A stretch of DNA of 62,402 bases, filler included. It is 14 parts of 14 records of this genome, joined end to end, with 100 filler letters (N's around TTAATTAATTAA, not from the genome) between each part and the next. Parts side by side here need not be neighbours in the genome. Positions count along the whole stretch, not along the records: positions 33,126 to 37,688 come from SRR15195285_6020; positions 37,789 to 41,758 come from SRR15195285_6022; positions 41,859 to 45,471 come from SRR15195285_6023; positions 45,572 to 48,612 come from SRR15195285_6028; 10 more parts are not named here. One strand, given 5' to 3'. The position numbers and the translations under genes are program-made. The stretch's first letter is position 1. Each line of letters opens with the position of its first letter. Positions 34,474-46,040 of this stretch are shown one piece after another. The notes under the pieces are model-generated. The model was given only the letters and a program-made list of their open reading frames with translations. It was not told the DNA's origin and searched no databases.

Positions 34474-37420
34474 TTATGAATTTAGTCTCCCCACATGATG
34501 ATCGGTGCCATTACCAAACGGGAAGCGAAGATTCAGGAATGTCGTCGTTGCTTTGTCACCTTGCAGGGCAAAAGTGTTGCAGTCCGGGCCGTTCCCTGCC
34601 ACTTCGCCCGTTGGGCTGGTGCTATTGCACATGCCATTACGAGCTAGGATCTGGCCTGAGTAGACATCGCCCTGCTCGGATTGGTTTCGCATCCAGCAAC
34701 GCTCACCAAGAGGATCGCCAGCCCACGCCCCCAGGCAAGGGGTCCGGAAGGACAGGTCTTCATCACCGGCAAACAAGCGTGTTGCCAGCGTCCATGGAAA
34801 GGTGTAGCCCCCCGGCTCCGCCACCGCGCTTTGATCGAAATGGTCATAGAAGGAGATCGTGTCGAAAATCGTTGACGCCTGCGTGTGAAAGTTGTACAGC
34901 TTGGACTTCGCACTGGGACTCACGTGCACTTGCCAGTTGAGGATTCGGATGTTCGAGAGCAGCGCGGCTTGTCCCTCATGTAAAATCTGGTTGCAGTTGC
35001 CGTCTCCCTGCTCTCAACCACGAAGGAGTCAGGGCTAGACAGCCTGCACCTACTTTGTTGACATTGTGCTGTGCAACTGTCTACTGACCTGGTTTCCGCA
35101 GCCGAGCCACCAATCGTTGGCACAAAATGACCAGCGGTCTAGTGGAGAGTCTGAGGCATATGTCGAATTTTGCTGACCGTAGGTTCCGAGCGCAAACAGC
35201 GAACTGACCTGCAGCACCCAAATCAGCAGATTCTCACGGGTTAATGAAACACCAACAAACTTGCTCACAAGGCTGACCTGGACAACTTTGACAAACGAAG
35301 GGCAGGCGACTGGAACGACCATCAGGACTCTGACCTGATTGACGCCAGAGACAGAAGGAACGACCACGTTGGCCAGCGTTAGATTGCTCAGCACAACTCC
35401 GACTGGACACGTGCGGCTGCCAAGTAAAGAGCCGAGGTGGTCCTCTTGATTATCAAAGTGTGTGATGCGGTGTACAAAGATACCGTCCATCAGTGAGTGC
35501 TCCACGCGGTTGTCTCTAAGCCCAATCCCGTCTGCAGTGGCACCATGCAGGCACAAGCCTGTCAGACAAATGCAGTTATAAAGCGAACGGCAAAATTAGA
35601 GTCGCAACCTGTGGCATTACATACAGGTTCCGAGCTCTATTGCGCTACCGATATTGCCTTGCAGCAGCGTGATGAACCGGTATGTCGCGTAGCTGGAGTC
35701 CATCTTCAGGTTGTCATCAGCGTGCTGAAGGTAGAGATACGCTAGGGAGCTGTTGTCTGCAACAACTCTCGGGCCATCACTCGCTCCCACCCAGGTTCCT
35801 ATATTATCAAACAATGGAACACAACCCGTTCAGTCAAGTGCAGCAGAGCAGCTCATTCATCATTGTCAAGCTTTGGCACGCACCTGGTGTCTTGACATCG
35901 TATAGACTCGCCGGAACGTTGCTGTCTGACACCTTATGTCCTCCGTCGAGTGGGACGCGTGGAAACTGCAACCGGATCGGACCGTCACCACGTTTTGGGC
36001 TCCATCCGACTGCGACTCCACGCACAATCACAGCAAAACTGACATCACTGCTACGTTGTTGCCTGTCTGCCACCACACTGGTACCTGTGCCTGCTGATGA
36101 GAGCTCGAGTAGACCAGAGTGGATCCTCCACCGCGTGTGTGACTGTGCACTTCCAATCGTAGTCATTTTTTTGACCTCATTGCCATAAGCATTTGTGAAG
36201 CCTGCGTTAGCAGTGAGTGTTGGGTTGGACCACATGTCGTGCTGCCCCTGGAAGCTGAAGTTGCGCATCATCTTCTGGCCATTGATTCGACCAAAGCCAT
36301 TGACAGTGATTGCACCGTAGCCGGCTTTCGCCTTTATGCCTGGTGGCTGCGTGAGGTGGCAGCTCTGAGCGTTGTGATCACCCCACAAATCTAGAGTCTG
36401 TGGCGTGGCTTCGATGCTGGAGCACAGTTCTCGACACGCAGCGCTGTCTTGGACGGCATGTTCCGCGTACGAATTCGTAAGTGGTACACTAATATCAGCC
36501 GTGACCTCCAGGTGGACGAGCAGGCTCTTGCCACCAGCCGCCATGCCACTCCGAGCCAGCCCACCATAATAGTTGACAAAACCGACAGCTTCACCTTCCT
36601 TCCACACCTCGCTTTCAGGTGTATAGCAGCCCCAACTAGGCGCAGCTATCTCGCAGGTGTCGGTTTCCAGGCCCTCTGCAATGTCGTCCTTGACAATGCA
36701 GCAGTGGTCATAATTTGCGCAGTCGTACGCAGCCTCGGGCTCTTCAAAGCTGATCCAGAGTGCCATAATCGAAACACCGTTCGCCTTGCAGCGTTTTGGG
36801 AGTGCAGGGTCACCACCGTCTTGGCATTCAGTTGCGTCTGTTTGGAAGATGCTTGCGTGGATTGGGTCGCCCGCTGTCAACCCGGGGGACGCGCCATACG
36901 AGTGCGCTGCGACGCCATGGAGCGAATCACTGCGTTCGGCTTGGTAGTACGACACGAAGCTGCTGCTGGTATTCGCCGTCGCGATAATGCGGACACTAGC
37001 CACGCCAGCGTGCGCGAGAGACACTGGCAAGACGTACTGTACTGTGCGGAGATCCTGGAAGCCCTGCCAAGCCGTGGCGAACTTGCTGCCTAAATTCTCT
37101 TCAGCGAAAGGGTAACCGTAGCAAATCTTCTTGGCACTGCCCGGGGGACGCCCACCGGCTGCGGAAGAGAAGAGCACGGCACCAGTGCCATCGAGCAGCT
37201 CAATATCCAGCGGAAAGAGCTGTGAGGACTCATCGGTGCAGCTCAGCCTGCTGCTGCTCTCTAGATTCACCTCAACGGCAGAGGTGGTGCTCAGCGTCCA
37301 GCTCGGGTCCACGCCAAGCAGTACCAGCTGCAGCTGCAGCAGCAGCTGCAGCAGCTGCTGCTGCCCGAGTAACAAAGGGGACGTCGCCGGCTGCTGCCTC
37401 CGACAGAGCGGCCAGCACAT
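34474..37420 (-). CDS. secreted multi-exon GH49-like (clan GH-N beta-helix) glycoside hydrolase
   Basis: Leu/Gln-rich signal-like start; ITVNGFGRING; after splicing the 85-bp intron 35799-35883: YDVKTPGTWVGASDGPRVVADNS...QHADDNLKM...QGNIGSAIELG, matching the dextranase DG...NDDxxK...N..I.MG pattern. Downstream exon boundaries approximate. Confidence 0.65.
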
Positions 37421-37688
37421 CCGCTGCTCCAGCGCTTCCTCTTGCTGCTTGGGCCCCTGCTCCGCCAGTGTGGCTGCGTGCGAGAATCACCCTGACCCAC
37501 GACGGAGCGCTCGCGCGTCGCTCGCCGGCGCCAGGGCCGGCGCGGAGCGCGTGCCGTGCATGCGGGCCCGCCCAGCGCGGAGCGCGCGCTAGCGTGAGCG
37601 AGGAGTCAGGAGTGTGGCCGCGGCGCGCGGGACGCGCGGGACGGACGGAGCGCGTCGGAGCTATGGTACTCAAACATACGGTACTCAG

Positions 37689-37788
37689 NNNNNNNNNNNN
37701 NNNNNNNNNNNNNNNNNNNNNNNNNNNNNNNNTTAATTAATTAANNNNNNNNNNNNNNNNNNNNNNNNNNNNNNNNNNNNNNNNNNNN
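37689..37788. other. artificial contig spacer
   Basis: 44 N + TTAATTAATTAA + 44 N. Confidence 0.99.
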
Positions 37789-37899
37789 TGCCCACGATCT
37801 GCAACGCAACACATGTACGATACCCTCGGGCCGGCGCGCGGCGGCGGCGCCCGGCCGCCGGGGCTTGCTTGCGCGCGCGAGACGACGGCGCGGCGATCG

Positions 37900-38873
37900 A
37901 TGGTCCGGCGCCGTGGCGCCCCTGCGAGTCGGCTCTGCTGCTGCGTAGCTGCGCTCGGACGCCCAGCAGCAACAAAGGCCACAGCAGCAGTTCTTCCAGG
38001 CCTGCACCAGCCGCTGGCGGTGGCCGCATATGCGAACGAATATTCGACGAACTTCAGCATGATCGACCGTGCAATGTGGACGGTTGAAACCGGCTGCTTC
38101 AGCTGCAAAGCTCCGAAGGATCCCGAGACCACGTTCGAGTGTACCAACAACACCGCTGACGCGCTACGGACTGGATCGTTGCCAGATGGCACTGGGCTCA
38201 CCATCGTCACGTCGCGGCAGTACGGGGCCGGGTACGGTTGCACGCCGGCGCCCGCTGGTGGCACATCCGGGCACATGTCGTCCAAGCAGCCGCTGCTCTT
38301 CGGGACTATCCGCGTCAAGGCTCAGTACTTCCCTGGCAGCTCAGAGAAAGTCAGCACGGCGAAGGGCTTCGTTGGGCTTGAAGATCCGCATAGTGGTGCC
38401 ATCACGATCACGATGCATGGCGCCGGGGGCTCCGCATCTGGCCAGCCGCGAAGTACCAACTGGACACACTACATGCAGAGCAGGTGAGACGCTGTTTTTC
38501 CTGATGTGCCTTGACAAACGATGATTTACCTGGACAGACTCGAAAAATACATGCAGATCACTAACAGTAAGGTGCTATTCCACACAGTTGCTACCGACAT
38601 GGCGATAGCCACGAGAAAAGCTTCGACAACCTGGGCGCCGATATCAACACTGCCGCAGCCTTCAACGACTATGAGATCGAGTGGACGCCAACAGCCGTCA
38701 CGATTAGCGTGAACGGCCGAGTAGCGCGCCGAGAGGCTGACGTGGCTAACGTACCGCAAAAACCACTCTTTGTCCGGCTGCACGCGCGGTCTACCGAGTA
38801 CAACAGCATGTCGCAGGGCGACACGTTCGAGTCGACCATCCAGTTGTTCTCCTACACTCCCCTCAAGCTGTAA
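37900..38873 (+). CDS. GH16 (lichenase/laminarinase fold) protein lacking catalytic glutamates
   Basis: TSGHMSSKQPLLFGTIRVKAQ; intron 38484-38587 (branch CACTAAC); exon 2 AFNDYEIEWTPTAVTISVNG...VPQKPL. The EIDIE position reads AITIT. Confidence 0.8.
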
Positions 38874-39482
38874 TTCATTTGGTTTTGAATGAAGCTATAG
38901 TATTGAAATATAGTAACTGTGCGAGGGACATAGCCATCGCAAGCTCACGAGTTTCATTCAAACAACGTCTCCCTCGCGCACGCTTGCACTTGGTCGAAAA
39001 CGGCCTAGGTAGAAGAGAAGTGCTTCCGGGCCCACAAACCTCAGGATGGAGCCGCGCAACTGTTGCTTACTGCTAGCCCGGACTGGATTGATGTCGAGTC
39101 TGTTACTTACTGCCTTATGCCCGGTGCCAGTCGTTGGTTTTCATGTCATCAGTATTTCTCGTGTCATTCTCCGCCAGCATTCATGCGAGTCTGATAATCC
39201 TCTAGCCACTTTACATGGCTGCGACATGCGATGCTCCGTTGCGGACGAAGCACATGTCGCCGCGGATGTGTACCTTGTTTCCATCGAGCATTCACACACG
39301 GTACACAAGAGGCGGCCCTGAACAAAGCGCGTCATGATTTGAATGGTAACTAGCGGCTGTTTGAAATAGCAGGGGTGCACTTTTCGAGGACCTGAGATGT
39401 TTGGTAACAAATACCACTACCTTAAGGTAAGCATGACAGTAAACGTGCATTCCTTCTCTTTCTTCTCACGCTGCTCCGACGC

Positions 39483-39700
39483 TGGCCCCGGGCCCCGGGC
39501 TCGTGTTCGATGAGCCACCGGGTTCCGATATACCGGGCTACGCGTTGCCCTCCGCGGCTTCGTCCACCCTGAGGCATGCCCTAGGGCAGGCCGCGCCTTC
39601 TACTGCACCCTCTACATGCGCAGGGTCTCTCAATTAGACCCTCCCTCTAGTACTGAGACTGGGCATATGGGGGCCTTGTGCCCGGTGTCACTGTCATTGT
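39483..39700 (+). ncRNA. candidate structured RNA / retroelement 3' end (unclassified)
   Basis: Four consecutive GC-rich stems, three with G-U pairs that only work on the + strand; ends in tgtcac-tgtcat-tgt. Confidence 0.35.
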
Positions 39701-39748
39701 ATTCCTCAGCACAGCAGTTCCTTTTCTGATCGATTGCAGCTGCTCTCG

Positions 39749-41293
39749 CTACATCCATAATGTCAAAATGTGTACAACGGCTGCTGACACACATCTCACA
39801 ATATCCCACTGCGACAAGCCATTGTACGCCCCAGAGTGGTCGCTGTCGGGAGCTGGTGACGATGTAGTCGTAGTAGTCGAAGAATATGACGAAGATGAAA
39901 TGGTAGTATGAGATTCTCGAGAAGATGACCGGCGGCGGCTCGATGATGATGGTCGGTGATCGCAACCAAAACACGCGCAGGACACTTCGTCAGGTCCCGA
40001 TCTGCGGCGACGGGACAAAATCGAGTTCCGGCCGGTGCATGTCGATGGGCACCCGCCGGAGAGGCAGCAACCACCATTGGAACAGGATCCACGTGGGCAT
40101 GATGAAGTCTGAGCGGGAGCATCTTCTTCGTACGTGCATGGAGCGTTCGAGGGCGACGACGATGAGGAGGATGATGGTGCTGGCGGAGGTGCAGGGCAAG
40201 ACTGCGCAACGGAACACGTTCCTGCAGTATTTTCGTTTAGCTGGATCACGCTGGTAAAGTACCCAGTATGGCAGCACAGTGTGGTCGAATGGCAGTCGCC
40301 ATTGTGGCAGAAGGTGCTGCTCGCACGGTTGCCGGCGCCCACACACACGTCTGCACCTACACATGGCAGGTACCCCGGGTTAGAGGGTTCGTTTGCTTGG
40401 TCAACTGACTCCAAGTCAGACGCCATTCGGTCCATTTGCGCGCCGATGCTGTTGCAAATCCGTGATGCAGATTGACTAGCGATCCACTGGCACGGGTTGC
40501 TCCAAGACGTGTCACCGTCAGCAAGGATGCATATCGCTGTGAACAGGGCCCCACAAACAACCGGACGGCCTGAAACTGAAGAGCAGATCGTCTGCAGGTC
40601 ACATCTACCACTTCCCGTGACCATATTGATTGCGCGCTCCACCACGTCCTCACATAAGCTGCGCTTCTCGGCAGCACTCGGCGCATCGTTATCCGTCAAG
40701 CTTCTGAAGAGCGAGTACACGCTCTTGACGACACCCCCTGCACCCTCAGCAACGCACTGGAGGCTCGTGTCCACGATCGCGAGCCCCTGCGTTTGCACAT
40801 CACCAAGGTCAAAGCTGCGAGTCCATCAACGTGGGCGGCACATCCAAGCAAATGGACTCACGGTCTGCAGCCGCCGCCACTCGGCGTCTGTCATGTTGGC
40901 GAGGGGCTTTTGCATCAGTTCCACGAATAGGTCATTGCGCTGCAGCGCGCGGAATTCGTTCGCATCTGCCACTGCCGTTCCCTCTGTCGAGTTGCTGTCG
41001 TGTATGTCAGGACCCAGAGCTTCCCTGCGTGGGCACAAGTGAGGAATCTGGCAACTGGTATAGCTCGGCAGTACCCATGCGGGTGCATCGGGGAAACATG
41101 GGCAGCTGCGACCCTACTACGCGCGCAGACCGCTGCGCGTATGGAGTTGTCTACAGCACGCATGCCGAATTACCGATGCGCACAGGGTCACTCACACATG
41201 CGCAGCTGCGCTGCTCACCAAAAGTACGACGGCCACTAGACGATGTGACACTGATGGGTACATGCGACCGGCGGCGGACCCGAGCCCGGACAT
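39749..41293 (-). CDS. secreted Cys-rich surface protein, possible GPI anchor, 3 exons
   Basis: Signal-like LVAVVLLVSSAAA; GT-AG introns link EALGPD...WRRLQT and ORF 39749..40798; many Cys; S/T-rich stalk; hydrophobic C-terminus VSAAVVHILTLWM*. Confidence 0.6.
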
Positions 41294-41758
41294 GCCTGTG
41301 ATAAGCCCACTGATGCCGTGGTGATCGTCTGCGACACGTGCGTGCCGGTGTGGTCACTGGCAGCGCATCCAACGCGGCTACTCGCCGGCGCGGTGTGCTG
41401 TCGACACGAGAGGTAGGATTCGTTCCTACTATACTATGAATAGTATACTTTTATACTAGCTAATAGTCAAGTACCCCCTGCAGTCCAGTGTCCTGCTATT
41501 CCATGTCGTCTAATCCATGTGAAATCGGGAACTGACGGGAGGGACTTGTTCGCACGGTGTCGGTGACAACCCGCGTCTTCGATGACCTCTACCGATGGCC
41601 CGCGCGGTCAGAAGCAAACCGTCCGTTTGCTTTTTCTATATTCAACATTTGGCCAGCACTCGCCATTGCAACACTTCCAGAGAGTCAGAGTGTTCCCGCA
41701 CTGTGTGTCGGCGGAGTGCGTGAGGGTAGCAGAGTGGAAGAACCAGGGAGTCGGCGAT

Positions 41759-41858
41759 NNNNNNNNNNNNNNNNNNNNNNNNNNNNNNNNNNNNNNNNNN
41801 NNTTAATTAATTAANNNNNNNNNNNNNNNNNNNNNNNNNNNNNNNNNNNNNNNNNNNN
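41759..41858. other. artificial contig spacer
   Basis: 44 N + TTAATTAATTAA + 44 N. Confidence 0.99.
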
Positions 41859-41859
41859 G

Positions 41860-42120
41860 AGCGACAAGAGCTCTACGCACCGCATGGTCGAGCCCGTTCA
41901 GACGAGCATAGCAGGAGAAATACATCGTCAAGGAATCGAGACCATTCTCGACATGATGCCAGAATCTGGTTGCACAGACGCCGATGTGATGTTCGACATC
42001 ATGCGCGAGGTCGATGTCAAGGTGGCCGATGCACTCGGCAACCGATCGGTTACCCAGCAGGTGGAGTTGGAGTGGGGGCCAGTCACAAAGAACGGCTCGC
42101 GGCACAACGAGGCAATGTGA
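41860..42120 (+). CDS. 3' fragment of unknown protein
   Basis: Frame open from contig edge to TGA 42120 with protein-like composition. Confidence 0.4.
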   Translation, partial: SDKSSTHRMVEPVQTSIAGEIHRQGIETILDMMPESGCTDADVMFDIMREVDVKVADALGNRSVTQQVELEWGPVTKNGSRHNEAM

Positions 42121-42650
42121 ACGTCGGTGGAACGGTAGTAGTAGACCTAGTCGAGTACGCCAGCCGCAGTTGATTCATAAACAACTTTTGTATGTCCACT
42201 CGCAGTGCTGCACGTTTCACAAGAAGTGATCCTTCCATCACAACCGGGTATGAGCATCGCCGTGGCCGCCGGCGTGATCGTACACGATCGGTCCTAAGTC
42301 GCTATCAGCCCCGCAATGAAACGCTGCACCCATTAGATACTGCAACCCAACCCAGACCAGCAATGTGTGAATCAAGATGCACGAAGTCCCTGCACAAGCA
42401 AACGCAGGTTCAACGCGAGGCGATCCAACTAGTTCGCGCATGTACGCACTCGGGTCTCCAGCTCCACATCGCGCACGCTGGGCTCCCCTTCAACGCCGTG
42501 AACGCCTCTGATAGAGTAGGGGGCACTGTGTAACTCATGCTGGCGATGACATCCGGCCACTGTAGGGTCATGTCAACGCGCAGATTATGTACTATAGAGG
42601 GCAGAATCAGTGATACACACGCCGACAAGACGCTGCGCAGAAATAACCCA

Positions 42651-42690
42651 GAAAACAGCGACACTATAGCGAAAACAGCGACACTATAGC
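42651..42690. repeat. exact 20-bp tandem duplication
   Basis: GAAAACAGCGACACTATAGC x2. Confidence 0.9.
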
Positions 42691-42817
42691 CGGCAGCGTT
42701 CGTCGCGCATAGACACCATCGATACCGCCCGCAAGACCCGCAAAGTTGAACATAATGTAACAAAAGTTTGTACATTGATCTGCCCAGCTACTGTCCACCG
42801 GCCGTGGGCCACCTGGC

Positions 42818-45140
42818 TTAACCTTTCTGCTCGAAGTACTCAAAATCGATCAGCATTGTGCATCCAAGCAGCGCCATTTTCTGCGCCGCCGACGCGTTTT
42901 GCGGAAAAGTGACTCGAAAATTGTTCACTTTCGCCATCATCTCCGCACAACCATTGAACACCTGCGGGTGCAAGATCAAACGATGACATCATTTAGCACC
43001 AGCCATTGTGATGCTGGATACAGCACCGGTGCAGCGCTGCACTGCAAATATCACATCTTCGCGACGTCAACACGAAGTGGATAGAGGAGAGGAGAGGAGA
43101 AAAGGAAGGGCACCTTTGAAATATGGGCCTGCGTTGGATTGCCAACTGGATCGGTGATGTCGAACTCGACTGCACCAAGGCAGGGGCAGCAAATGCCCAC
43201 CTGGCATACAGAGCCGGCAGCGCCGTAGATCTGGTTGCCGTTAACGTCGTAAACTGCAATAGTGGCACCAGCAGCGGCAGCAGCAGCAGCAGGTGAGCCA
43301 GGTGAATTCAGACGGTGTCACAAAAAGCCCCTGCCTGCTGAAATTTCGGCATACCACGCTGATCCATGACACAGCAGTGCCATGGGTCATCGACCGAGCC
43401 GACCTTGTTGCCTTGGCCATCGAAAATCATCACCTGCAGCGAGTGTCAATTTGAACAAAATGCAGACAGATAGCAGACAAGAAATTGTAGAGAACAACTC
43501 GCATGCAGGCATATGCCGGGACTTATGACCGTAGCAGAACGTACCGATGGCCTACAGCATGGGAGCATGGCCAGTCCGAACGATTTGTGGATCTGCATGA
43601 TGACAGCGGCATCTTCGCCCTGACCCTCGTGCACGTACAATGCGAGGTGGCGATTCTGCTTGCAACAGATGCGCTCGAACCCGGCCGATTCCTCCCTGGC
43701 GAGCATGCAGAACGGTCCAGGCACGTGTGGATTGTTCGGGTCCCAGTTGTGAATGTGGTACCGGTTCTTGGCCTCACAGCCTGTGACGAGCTCTGCGACA
43801 TTCACCTGCTGCTTGATCTCCATCCCTGCCATCTGCGCCAGCAGCGTGTTCTCGCCCACGGTAGTACTGCCTCCTGCCGCCGCTGGGTCACCCCCGAAAC
43901 CAGCCAGCATGGGACCCGTCGTGGGCTGTGGCACGCTTGGATTCACTAGCGTCGCTTGGACTGGCTGAGCTGGTGTCACAGGCACCGCCACTTGAAACAT
44001 TTGCCCTTCGGCGACGCCATCAGGAACGACCACGTTGAACGCGAGGCCGTTGGCACTCGCCTGAAGCTGCGTACCAGGGCCCGAGCCTTTGGGTACCTGC
44101 ACCTGGATGGTCTGCGCCGGCGGCTGAAGGAACGCCTGCGTCGCAGCTCGAGGGAAGGACTTGACTGCGCCACCATTGAACGGTGCTGTTGCCAGGCTCT
44201 TGTTGCGGAAGTGGTGGCAGCAGCAGCACGATATGAATAGCGGCCCTATGGTAAAGATGAGTGAAGGCAAGATACTGAGGAGCACGACAGCACCTCTGTG
44301 GTCCTCGTCGTATTCGGGGCACATCCAGCCCTCGAAACTATCGATGGTCACGACTTCGCCTGAACTGGTGGAGGTACACGCTGTAACACAATCTGCTCGT
44401 CCAGTGTAATCATACCCGGCCACACAGTCGCCGTGCCCATCGGCTGTACACCCGTCGTCATCGGCCGCCCACGTTGGCCGTTCCCTCGTCCCGTGGTTTT
44501 CGCGGAACGGTTTTTCTTTGCAGCATACAACCGGTTGTTCTGCAGCGCCCGCTGCGCACATGTACGACGACGCGGTCGCTGGGTCGCAGCACATGTACTG
44601 ACCCTCTGGGTCATTGGAGCACCAACCTATTGGGACAGCACTTGCGCCGCCAGCACACGTCGCCAGCTCACCATCTGGGGCGCAGCAATCGTCGCCAAGG
44701 CTTGTGCAGCTGTCCCTACACGGCGGCTCGCCGGGGGTGGGCACTCGGTATGCTTGTTCACCCACGCCGCACGTCAGTCCGGGCGGCGTGTCGGCAGCCC
44801 AGACCGCCCGTTCGGCGAACCGGATGCATCCTCCCGATGCATCCTCCTGCTTTGCACTGGGCGTGAATGTCTGAAGTTCATCGGCCGTGCACAAGTGCCC
44901 GTCTAGAGAAGCGCAATGGCTGACCGCGTCCGCGTAGCTCATGGAGTCACAGTTGTCACCCTTGAAGCACGTCGGTCCCTTGCCATCCCGCACCTGCATC
45001 TGCCGCCGTGCTACTGCTGCGTCGCCGCTCCCAACGACATCCCAGCTGTGACGAGGCTCGCTCGTGTGAGCAACCAACAGCAGCGCCGTGGCCACGCCCG
45101 CCCACGCCACGAGGCCGACGTAGCGGCACGTCATCGACAT
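42818..45140 (-). CDS. phospholipid scramblase (PLSCR) domain protein with Cys-rich ectodomain and TM helix, 4 exons
   Basis: IKQQVNVAELVTGCEAKNRY, AREES..ERICC..NR, then spliced exons VMIFDGQGNKVGSVDDPW / YGAAGSVCQVG...VEFDI...ISK / VFNGCAE...NNFRVTFP...KMALLGCTMLIDFEYFEQKG*. Confidence 0.9.
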
Positions 45141-45471
45141 CGCTGAGTCCCCCGTTGATCCGTCCCGTACGTACTATAACCCTCTTCGGCGTCAAACCAC
45201 AGTGTTTTGAGACAGGCAGTGTATTAGCACACACGGCGTGGGCGAATGGCAGACAAAGCAACTCCCCCACCCCTGTCCCCCTGTCGTTGTGCCGTCCTCA
45301 GCGGCGCCGGCCGTACCGACTACATGTACCGTTCATATAGATTATAGTACTATAGTCTATACAGTAGCACTACCGGTACTAGTACCGCGTACCCGACTAC
45401 CGGCGTTGTCGAATTTGCATTGCATTTCAGCAATCTGAGGCTGGTTTGTATGATGAAATTGTGCCGATTGA

Positions 45472-45571
45472 NNNNNNNNNNNNNNNNNNNNNNNNNNNNN
45501 NNNNNNNNNNNNNNNTTAATTAATTAANNNNNNNNNNNNNNNNNNNNNNNNNNNNNNNNNNNNNNNNNNNN
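45472..45571. other. artificial contig spacer
   Basis: 44 N + TTAATTAATTAA + 44 N. Confidence 0.99.
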
Positions 45572-46040
45572 TGCTTCGGGCAAGCAGCAGCTTCACCGCT
45601 ACATCGCGGAGTTCTTCGATATTGCGCAGGCAGTGTTGGCGTTGTTTTGGCTCAATTTCGCTCCAACGCCCTCGCTCCGCCCCTACTACCCCGAGACCCA
45701 TAATTCAAAAACTTCCTCGTGTCCGCGGACGGAACTCGGTAGGCAAGCCCCCCACATCCCTAGCTCACGCCCCACAAAGTTTCAGGCCTAGGCACAGAGA
45801 AGTTTTGAAGTGGGGTCAAGTTAGGTACCATTTGATACCCCGGCCAACCACACTAGCTGTTAAATCCCTGTGCGTGGGCGGCGGCGCGCGCGCGCGCGCG
45901 CGCTCGGACTGACAGAGGGACCATATATGTGGCCACACACCTGACCCTCCCGAGATACCGACGCAGGCGATCCCACAGCTAGAGCACATCGCCACCTAGC
46001 TCCGCTTCCACGACCAGTACCGCAAGGGGCCGCAGCAATA

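Noticed and set aside
39595-39603. GCCTTCTAC as U5 loop I
   Set aside because: One mismatch to the invariant loop, no flanking stem, no Sm site.
42660-42690. GACACTATAG resembling the SP6 promoter (vector contamination)
   Set aside because: Upstream ATTTAGGT is absent; it is part of a local tandem duplication.
42238-42775. Possible small spliced minus-strand gene
   Set aside because: A donor/acceptor pair exists but the joined peptides are short and unrecognisable.
45794-45810. ACAGAGAAG as a U6 snRNA box
   Set aside because: Not followed by ATTAGC or other U6 sequence.
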